The position numbers were made by a program, and so were the translations under genes. Under the pieces are notes generated by a model. That model was given only the letters and a program-made list of their open reading frames with translations, had not been told where the DNA came from and did no database searches. A stretch of DNA of 58,446 nucleotides, taken from positions 403,612 through 462,057 of the forward strand of contig NMRA01000066.1 in the NCBI GenBank assembly GCA_002633005.1, written 5' to 3'. Of this stretch, positions 49,382 through 58,446 are shown piece after piece (the stretch's first letter is position 1; each line of letters starts with the position of its first letter). The DNA comes from Phoronis australis. Its lineage: Eukaryota; Animalia; Phoronida.

Positions 49382-51996
49382 CAGAAGTATAACCAACACA
49401 GATCTAGGTTATCCTGTCTGTATTTCACGGAAGAATACTTCGAATTTATCTCCGAACAGACCCCAAACTCCTGCTACGGAGCTTGGTAAATTGGCCCTCC
49501 GAACTTTGTAGGCTACGGTGTGTCCAAATACCAATAAATCCGTAACAGCGAAATAAAACAACACGTTTTTATAAGAACTCGGTGTATTTCTAAGGGTTTT
49601 ACATCGAAGTTTGATGATTTATTGGTATTAAACGATGAATTCAAGCGATAAGCTGACACCAGTAACCCGTGTTGTGAACTACTGAACAGACTTCGTGTGA
49701 AACCAATGACGTCATTGGATAATTTTAACACCTCCGTCTGCCGTCAGGTAATGCAATCGAACGTGCCGTTAGGATCGAGTGGAACTACTCGATCTAAATT
49801 TGATACACAATAGGTTGTTTTTTGGGTGGCATGCTCCTTTAATTCCGTAAGCTTTCCTTTTGTTTTATTTTGTTTTTGTTATTAATCATAATTATACTTT
49901 CGCTTAAATATTTTATCGCTACGTATTTATAAGCCCTGGTACAATGTTTCGTTTTTTGGGATAATTTTATGCACCATTATTGTATTGTTTTATACTTGTG
50001 TTGGAATAAAAGTACTAACTGCCGAGTTCTTGCACTTTACGGTAGACCAGACTACACCCACAACCAAGAATGCACTTCACTAAATTAAGCATTGCTTACA
50101 TAGGTCTGTCAGGGGTATTGATCGAGTGCAACGAATACAGAACCCCCAAAATAAGAATAGATCTATGTTTACACAAGTCTAAATTGAGTTATTTAAACAC
50201 ATGAATCTATATTGAACTTATGAAATCCAGTGTTTTATCGTAATCTATTTTGCCCGGGGTACGCCACGAGCTATGTTGCAGAGTAAAACAAGATGAGGAT
50301 TGTGGATAATGTCATTTATTATGGCGTAAATAGAAAGATTTAAATAAGACCATGCAAGATGGACATGGAAAAAACGCCACCGGGGTGTACAATGAATAGC
50401 TCTGAAAGATGGAACCAAAACAAAAGGACTGCCTGGAGGGCTTAAAGAAAAAGTACAGAACATAAACACAAAACTTGAAAATACCTAAAAGGTAATGTGT
50501 ATGAGAAAAAGAAAAACAGTAAACAGACACCCGGGATGGGGTTGGAAAAATGCAGAGAACGAACGTAGGTCTTGAAGACGACTAGGTAGGTGACTGAATG
50601 AGCTAGACCACGTTGAACTGAACAAAAGGAAATATGGGTGACCAATCAGGTGTCGCGTAGAGAAAAGTATGAATACAAAAGTAGACCCTTGAGGCTATAA
50701 ATAGAGATGAGTAATGAAAAATAAACCCTAAGGGTTGATATCAAAATAAAGTGACAAATCTCAAAATAATGGGGATAAATGCATTTAACAAGCTAAATTT
50801 AATTTCCCTCCAACTAGACTGCTACAAACTTGAGTTGCAGCGACCTTGAAAGAGGTTGTTGATGTGGGCGTTGCCCGTGTCGCAGACGGAACGTAAACGT
50901 TGGACAAAATTATAATGTAAAGTGCGTCACAAACTGTGACTGAAGAAAATCTCCAACGGCAAAATCGGATTTCTGTAGTTAATTTGGATCATCAAGTCCA
51001 TTTTGCGGGTATATAATTACACTTTTGAACTAAGATCTACGCAATAACATACAGATTTGGAATGCTAGCTTCGAAGTTGTTTTCAAAATTCATGTCTAGA
51101 GCGTAATCTTCGATCGTTAATCCCGAAATAAACCACTTAGATCCATTAGTTTGATGTAATAATCGTGACTGTGGAATTTTTTTCTGTTAAATTCATATTA
51201 ACTGCCGGCAAGACCTTATGTTTAAAAAAATGACACCTTTAAATGACGCAATTTGACGACCACATCTAATTAGCAAAACAAGGTCAAGTGAATTGAAAAA
51301 ATATTTAGAAAATTTAAACTTGTTGACTTGCGTTACCCCGTAGCATTACTATAGCAATATATCGTTTTCAAAATAACTAATGAGTCTTTCCAAGCGACGG
51401 TAACAAAAATTAACAACTGGGAAACGTCCACGTTGAAAATCACCACTCACTACTCTGACGCCGAAATGATCACTTGCGAAGCACAGTTTCACATTCGCTA
51501 ACAACACGCCTTGGAAACATGGAACAGCTCGCAGTTTGAACGCGTTGCGAAAAGAACTGTGATACCTTTAAGGTTTTGTAGGGCATTATTGACATGCCTG
51601 CGTATTTAGCGAAAAACCTAAAACACAATAGATTTCAACTCAGTAGAAGTATATGTACTGAAAGTAGAAAACCCAATCTGCCTTTAATTGGGCCACGTGA
51701 TCACGTCTTTTTAGTAACGTTTATCAAAACAAAAATTACATTGTTTGCGAAACAAAAAGGTATTAATTACATGACAAAATTGCAGTTGATGCAAGTGTTC
51801 AAGGTGAAAATAATTTCAAAATCGCGGTTAAAGTTTTCAAAAAAATCATTTTCTTTTCGTTTCATGCTAGTTTGTACACAAGTCCCATTTCAGATAGCCC
51901 CTCACGCCAAAGTGGAACATTTAAAAAAAAATCCTAAAATTGGCGCATTGATATGCTACAAGTAAGATTTTTTAGTCTTCTTACACAACATGCGAA

Positions 51997-52113
51997 GGTC
52001 ACATCACGTGACCTATAGTTAAGACCGGAAGTATCTTTGTCCCGACCGAAGTTCGAACGCGGGACTTTCTGTTAACCCGTGTAGACGCTCTGGTCCACTG
52101 AGCTATCGGGACC
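51997..52113 (-). repeat. Palindrome plus tRNA-like repeat, copy 2
   Basis: Minus strand 52112-52038 folds partly as a tRNA (acceptor gtcccga/tcgggac, D stem gctc/gagc, GTTCGAA). The anticodon and T stems are broken. Confidence 0.65.
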
Positions 52114-55099
52114 ACCGGTCGATTACAGGAATAAAATCAAACTTATTATGAGACTTAAATGAATCCGATCAGACATTTCAGAGATACGACATTTCAAAGT
52201 TAGCCAGATTTGGACATTTTCCTAGGTTCCTACATTAAATTTAACAGGCTCAATATTGTACATGTATGTGGCAAGCTGAAATGGATGTGTTTACAATGAA
52301 ATATATGTACCGGAAAGACCAGTTCTAGTACGGCAGAAGTCGAAAGTAATAAAGTTTATGTTCCCAAATAAAGACACGTATGAATCGTACTCCCATACTA
52401 CATTACCTAAATTACAAATCAAAACACACAGAAAATAATCGGAATGGGAAAAGGACATTCGACATTCAAATTTGCAAATGTGAAAAGACTTGTGGAGCAG
52501 TGAAAACATTCTTGTTCAATATTAGATGAGTTTATGCGTATCTTCTTTGGGAAAATTTCTGGAACTTTTACATAGTCTTTACCAAGATGAACACAGCTCA
52601 TAATTCTACAATTATTGCAATAAGTTTTCAAGGTTCCGGGAAATCAGCGAAAAAGAGTGGCATAACAATACGACTTAACATCCACCGAATATATGCAAAC
52701 ATTTTGGTCGCAGCTAACTATTTGAAACGAGGTAAACTATCCATTAAAATACGATTCGTTTGCTCATGACGTATTCAAATGGTCGGCGGATCGATAAAGA
52801 GGCACGGAACACAAAAGCTCGTCAAAATATCTTTTAAACAATTCGGACGAAAGTATCATCTCGCAATGTCTAGTACAGAGTAATTCACTTCCCCTGTGAG
52901 GAAATTTCTAGAAAAAATCACAAGATTCACGATGTTTGAAATACGCGCGAAGGAAAAACTTTGTGGTTACCTCAGAGTTTCTAATCTCCCTCCCACTTAT
53001 GATAAATGAGCGCCTGCGCTCACAATCAGTTGCTTGAAGTCGCATGAGGTCAAAGGTCACATTTTCCATATAAGGGAATTGTGCTACGTCTATGCCTTGT
53101 CATACCAAATAAGACGTGCTTTGCCTTGTGGAAGAAAAATCGACGACGTGGTGAGCAGTTGACAGATCGGTTATTCAAAAATTGAAACTAAAAGAAAATG
53201 CTTTGATATCAACAGAAAATAAAAATCTTTACGGAAAAACCCTAAAAATACCTAGTGAGGAGTTTGAATTCTGTTTCAGTGGGAGAGAACCACTTTAGTT
53301 TGTTAGTCGCGTTCCAGGCCTCTTTAAACAGTGCCCTAGAAAAACGTAATCGTTAAACGAACCATGCTGTTAACGAGACCACATTAATCTCGTCAACACT
53401 GATAAGCTCAGCTCGATCAAAATATATTTTTCTTTCCGAGAAGTCTATTACAAGACCCTTCAGATCGATTTTCAGTCATCAGCTTAAATTAACATCATTT
53501 ACTTGACGGGACATCCTAAGGCGTATCTGGACTTGGCTGTTCGAGGGCTATGGGCATAGCTTTGCCGGAATGAGACTGCTGGAGAATTTCACCTTCCGAT
53601 TACCACCAANGTAGCCCCGAGTATCAACCCCGGCGGTAGTCGCCAATCCCCAAACCCACACCCCGTCGCCTTAGCTGTTACGCTCCAGTCGATTAGTTCC
53701 CCTTCCGCCATTCAACGTCAAATCTCCTTCCTTACATAGTGTACAGTGTATCTTTCCCACATTTTCCCAATGAGAGCTCCGATGCTAAACAAATTCTTGT
53801 TTTGCTAGAATGTTCCTTGGTTTTGCCACAATCCATGGGCTCCAGCGAGCCCCCCCAATTTGGCGAATTGGGAAAAAAAGTCCGCCTCAATGAAACAAAA
53901 AGTCCGAGCAAACGAGACGAAAGTCTACAAAGCCCACAGGAATTCGGCAGCAGATGCGAAAATAATGTCACTAACTGGCAACACAGCAGTTGGACCCAAC
54001 TGAAAATGCACGCCAGTCGTGCTCAGTGTCAGCAGGAACACGTCTTCCAATTTTCTAACGATCCCCTGAGTGGTTTGGCGCATACAAAAGGAGACGGCAA
54101 AATGAAGACTCATATATATGTATATAATATATACATGTGGGCGCATAAAAATGAAGCCAAATCACAAAGCAATGTTCAACTGCATGTGGTTGGGCTAGGC
54201 TTTTGTCACTTTAAGAAACAAGAGCAAGGCAAAGCCGTAAATGCGCCCGTGACCTTTGCCTTAGAATACGCCAACCTTTGCCGTGAAATACGCCCTCAAC
54301 CGCACAGCAAGCTACACTTCCGTTCTAGGGATGTTCATCCACACGATCACATATTGGTGACTAAAATAAACTCATTGTAGGATATATACGCCAGATGTTA
54401 AAATAAAAATATTTAAATTTATGTCTCTAGTGTTTTAGGTCATTAACCGCAAGTCGAAACTTGGCAGACATTTGGGTGAAGCTAGAGATCTGAGCGTTCC
54501 TATGCTTCAGTCACTAACTTTTAAAAACACACATGAACTGTATCTTTTGTGTACTTTTGGAAATAAATCATCATCTTGTTCTTCAGACGCTATTGAGGAT
54601 GAAAGACTCGTTTTAATAGGAGTGTCCAGTATTTGAAGGTCTTAGGAGAAAGTTTGGCATTTGTCATAATACTAGAAACTTTGACGACAACCCATTCATT
54701 ATTTGACGAACTCTTGCAATTTTCGGAACTTAGCTCGCTTTTATTATGCATAGTTATTTTAATTCCCTTACCTGCATTATTTCACGTCTCTTTTCAATGT
54801 TATTTATACACTTCTGTTTATAACGTGTGTACGTGTGTATTGGCCGTAGGGCTACGTACTGAAATAAACTATTCAGAGCTGAAAATAAACTGGCGCTTAC
54901 GGTCAACGTCAACTTGTCAACGAATATTGACAGTAGGCCTAATCAACCGATAACCAATCTCGTCAAAACTAACATGGCCAAACAGGATGTTACGGCAATC
55001 AAATCTGTCCGATAATCAACAGATCCGGCACGCATCTCAATCACAAAACCTCGTGACAAGTTTCAACAAAATACGTTTAACTGACAGTTAACCCGTTCT

Positions 55100-55845
55100 G
55101 ACAATAATCAAAGGACAAGCAGTTCCTTATCGAAAAACTAAAACGGGCAACCGAGGGCGGTACTACATCCAAGTCTGAGCGGAAATTGACTTGTACCGTA
55201 CCAGCGCAACACCCTCACATATCTGTGTGGAGTTTTGTCAAAATGTGTCAAGCCATTCTAAAAGTAACCAGTTACAAGCAATATTTTGTCTAAAACTAAA
55301 ACTAAAACGGTCAACAGGGATGCCAAATTAGTCAATTCTGCCCTAGAATTAAATGGTACAGTCCATCCCTGTCACCACGAATCCATGAGTCAAGATTCCT
55401 CAAAATCTGCCAATAATCGAATGGCAAAGATAATCTAGTCAAAATCTAAGAAGTGGTGCTGGAGTAGTCGACTCCGACTGAAGAGCAGCTGGTGCACTCC
55501 AACGACATACCATTATGTCAAGTTAAGGAAGTAGGGTAAAAATTTGAGGAGGGACAAATAATTTCTTTATCCCCACGTGCATCAAGTTCCTGCCAAACTG
55601 GTCAAGTAGTTTCACCAAAAACTGATGGCCAAATATCTAAATGGCAAACAGGGGGCGCCCTGGTAGACAAATCCATTTGAAAACTGACAAGTGTCCACAC
55701 ATTGCCGCCATATAACCACAAGTCAAATTTCACAATAATCTGTCAAGGGTTTTTTGAGATGAACTTGAATGCCACAAAGACAGGTAACAAAGGACGACAG
55801 GATTCTCATTATACATGACCGTAATTTTTTGAGAGCATTATAATA
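55100..55845 (+). repeat. Probable Helentron-associated (HINE-like) interspersed element
   Basis: Words typical of such elements (caaatttcac...tttttgagat; a short simple-repeat-like stretch, then a terminal tatacat...attataat). Boundaries are approximate. Confidence 0.3.
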
Positions 55846-56102
55846 ACCCATAGTGTGTTAGTTTATTACTCAACCCTCTTTTAGCAACATATCCCTGATT
55901 GCAAAACAAGTCGACATCAAGTCAACCCATTTTGCCTATAACAGACACTGAAAAGGACTTTCAAATCAAGTTCTCAGGAGAAAACTCCTTTCAAAGTCTG
56001 CTTAATGGGTAAGCATGACCTACGCTTTTAGCAAATTACAGGGAACTGTGGGAAAAGACCACCCACCAAGGCAAGGACCAAGATGTCAAATCTGTGACAT
56101 AA

Positions 56103-56511
56103 GGCCCTTTCTTATTGACTTAAACTCCGGCCTGAGCGGAGCATCGACGTAAACAACGCAGTTAACCGGACCGTTCATACTGGTTCGGTAGTTAATGAAC
56201 ATAGAAGTAAACGAGAGGTGACACTGTCATCATCAAAGTTATCGCAAGGTAGTGCTGCAGCTAAGATTTTTTTCAATGTGACAATCTGGGAATATTTACA
56301 AGACTTTGTGCTAATTGACATTAAACTTATTTTTAAATTGATTGGTTATTATTAGAGCAAAATATAAGCAGCTATTGGTGATGGCACTACCCTGTAATTG
56401 TTGATGATAACAATGGCACCTGGCGATAACTTCGACTGGACCGGAGTTGACCGTTCATACTGACCACAACTCCCCAAATCATCGACATGTCGACGTTAGT
56501 ATGAAAGGCCC
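56103..56511. mobile_element. PIF/Harbinger-like MITE (~410 bp)
   Basis: GGCCCTTTCTTATTGAC / GTTAGTATGAAAGGCCC inverted ends. Flanks TAA/TAT. Internal repeats gaccgttcatactg at ~56169 and ~56448. Confidence 0.6.
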
Positions 56512-57749
56512 TATAGGGAGTATGAGATTTTGTTGGTTTCTACCTTTAACTTGGAAGATTGACGCCAATGATGCACTAGCTGGTGACAGAATGAGGATTG
56601 GTGGAAATCATCAAAGCAGGTTTTAGCATACCCTTAAATTTTGGTTTGATAGAAAGTCATGAAGAATAGAAACAAGATATTTTGCCATTGTATGTATTTA
56701 TTGTACCAATATTGCATCTCACCTCACACTTTTGATAAAAAATGAATGTAACATGCCCGCATTTTGCAAATCAACTTTGTCCACTGAATAACGGGCATTA
56801 CACTGGTTTTCAAAATGTTGGCACCTTATATCCAACTACTTCCAACATTTTTCACAGAAAATAAACAACAGTAAATTACTGACTCTTAACTTTGTGCCTT
56901 TCTTTATACTGTTTTTTGACAAATTCTACCAAGTTTCTCTCCGACAGATAAATCACAGAAAGGGTAACCAGTCCACACACCGCCCCAATACCAACATGTG
57001 CCGCCCTCTTTAGGAGACCTTGATCGCAGCAAAAAAATTTCTGAAATATAAATAACGATTGTTATCACAGTATTTAGAACACAGCACTACGGATTAAGGT
57101 GCATGGCAATAAATATGTACAAAAAAGGGAATAGCAAAATTGACAAATACAAACATGCTGCAAATGCGCCAATGAAAAATTAAAAATTCAAACATAACCT
57201 TCAGTTATCAAGACTTCATTAAGACAAAACAAATCCACAGATCAATACACACTTCATTTATAGAAATGTTATTGGTAAGATAAGAAATACCAATTCAATA
57301 AAATGATTAGAATCAGAAGAGCAGGTACAACACAGTTACGTAATTAATTTTTATAGCATTCATAATCATAACAACTCACATATGTCTATAGCTGAATCAC
57401 CCAGCGTTATTAAGTGCACTGAATTATACAGAAATCACACAAGTGCGAACAGCCATCCAGCGTGAGTCACCTTTTGGACTTCTCAGATAACAAAGAAAAT
57501 GGCACCCGCAATGGTGACAAGTGACTTTCAATGATTACTTGATGTCAACAACGTTTGTAACTACCAGCATTAGCTCGATAAATTTTGTTTCACAAATTTG
57601 TTTGAAAGTATACATAATTTTTCAAACAGATCTATCACTGATATGACAGATATAGATGTTTACAACAGTTTGAAATCATTCAATTATCAATATTTAGATA
57701 ATCGTGCCCAATTAAATTTACTGCAGTTGCTTTATCAAATCTACAATCT

Positions 57750-58446
57750 TGTCAGAATATAGTCTGACAGTATTTTGAGTTTGTTTTGTTTTGTTATTCT
57801 GTTTGATTGGCATGACCCCTGAGTAAAGTACAATGATGATGTAATTTGTTTACTACAGAATAGTATGGAACTTTCTAGAAGACTGAGGTCAGAACAGTGA
57901 TGATGTAATTTGTTTACTACAGTATAGTGTGGAACTTTCTAGAAGACTGTAGCATGACAGTGATTGATGAAGTCTGGTATATTCTAGAGACTAGTACATG
58001 TTTGTAGAAAGATTGGGTAGGTTCCAGAAAGTTCTGGTATGTGCTTGAATTGATGAAAAGTTCCAGAACAATGCATTAGGCTATAAATACACAAGCACGG
58101 GTTTGTGTTAGGCAGATTAGATCGAGTTGAGTTAAAGATTAAGTCAGTTGAGTCCAAGAAGATCAAGTAGAGAGATCAAGTGAGTTCAAGTAAGTTAATC
58201 AGGAGAACTACAGTTGAGTTGCAGAATCAGCAGTTACAGCGATAGTCAATAGAGAGCCAGCTATAGAGACAGCAGGTTATTGAAACGAGTGTAACAGTTG
58301 CTGGAAATATCTCAGAAGTTCAATACAAGTCAAGGCTTCGCAGCACTGGCTGGAGCATAAACAGACATTACGTCGGACGTTTTGTTTGAGTAGGCTTGTG
58401 AACGTACGGTCGGGATTAATAAAGGATTAACTCGAACCAGTCTTCA
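57750..58446 (+). mobile_element. Probable LTR of an LTR retrotransposon, running off the window end
   Basis: Abrupt composition change starting at TGTCAGA, a 64-bp tandem duplication, repeated ttcYagaa words, TATA box ctataaata (58081) and AATAAA (58418). Confidence 0.5.
57835..57962 (+). repeat. Tandem duplication, 2 x 64 bp
   Basis: tgatgatgtaatttgtttactacag.atagt.tggaactttctagaagactg occurs at 57835 and 57899. Confidence 0.9.

Larger units (their letters stand above)
47639..49838 (-). mobile_element. Non-autonomous Kolobok-like DNA transposon, copy 3 (inverted, with two nested insertions)
   Basis: TTAA flanks (47635-47638, 49839-49842). TIR AGGAGAATGCCACCC / GGGTGGCATGCTCCT matches 14/15. 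The THAP stub starts at ATG 48070 on the + strand. Confidence 0.92.

Noticed and set aside
52038-52112. Functional tRNA gene (also 20960-21037, 23362-23433, 32176-32250)
   Set aside because: The anticodon and/or T stems do not pair, and the units sit in repeat-like contexts.
53739-54380. 213-aa ORF, the longest outside the GPCRs
   Set aside because: GTG start, no domain-like pattern, and it runs through a MITE fragment (53855-53935) and a (TA)n stretch.

Overview
Repeat-rich eukaryotic genomic DNA of moderate AT richness. The repeat repertoire suggests a marine invertebrate, but the species cannot be determined here. It is not prokaryotic: there are no operons, CRISPR arrays or rRNA. Only two intact genes are supportable. 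They are paralogous class-A GPCRs with single-exon CDSs on the + strand (2994..4049 and 39728..40813). They resemble the orphan GPR21/GPR52 type (DRC for DRY, NFFIY for NPxxY, no Asp3.32, no Lys7.43), and each is preceded by a conserved splice-acceptor motif. The rest is a layered transposon landscape: (1) three copies of a TTAA-flanked non-autonomous Kolobok-like element carrying convergent stubs of a THAP domain and a KolX-like 'GYQFEPEY' protein; (2) seven copies of a ~150-bp MITE, three with intact 5-bp TSDs, plus relatives; (3) Harbinger-like MITEs; (4) decayed L1/Tx1, CR1-like and Penelope retroelements, two decayed minimal hammerhead ribozymes and tRNA-derived elements; (5) tandem repeats, a probable LTR at the right edge, and a 415-N assembly gap. 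I see no convincing wholly new biological system. The best leads are the Kolobok-derived THAP/KolX mini-element, the GPR52-like receptor pair and the hammerhead relics.
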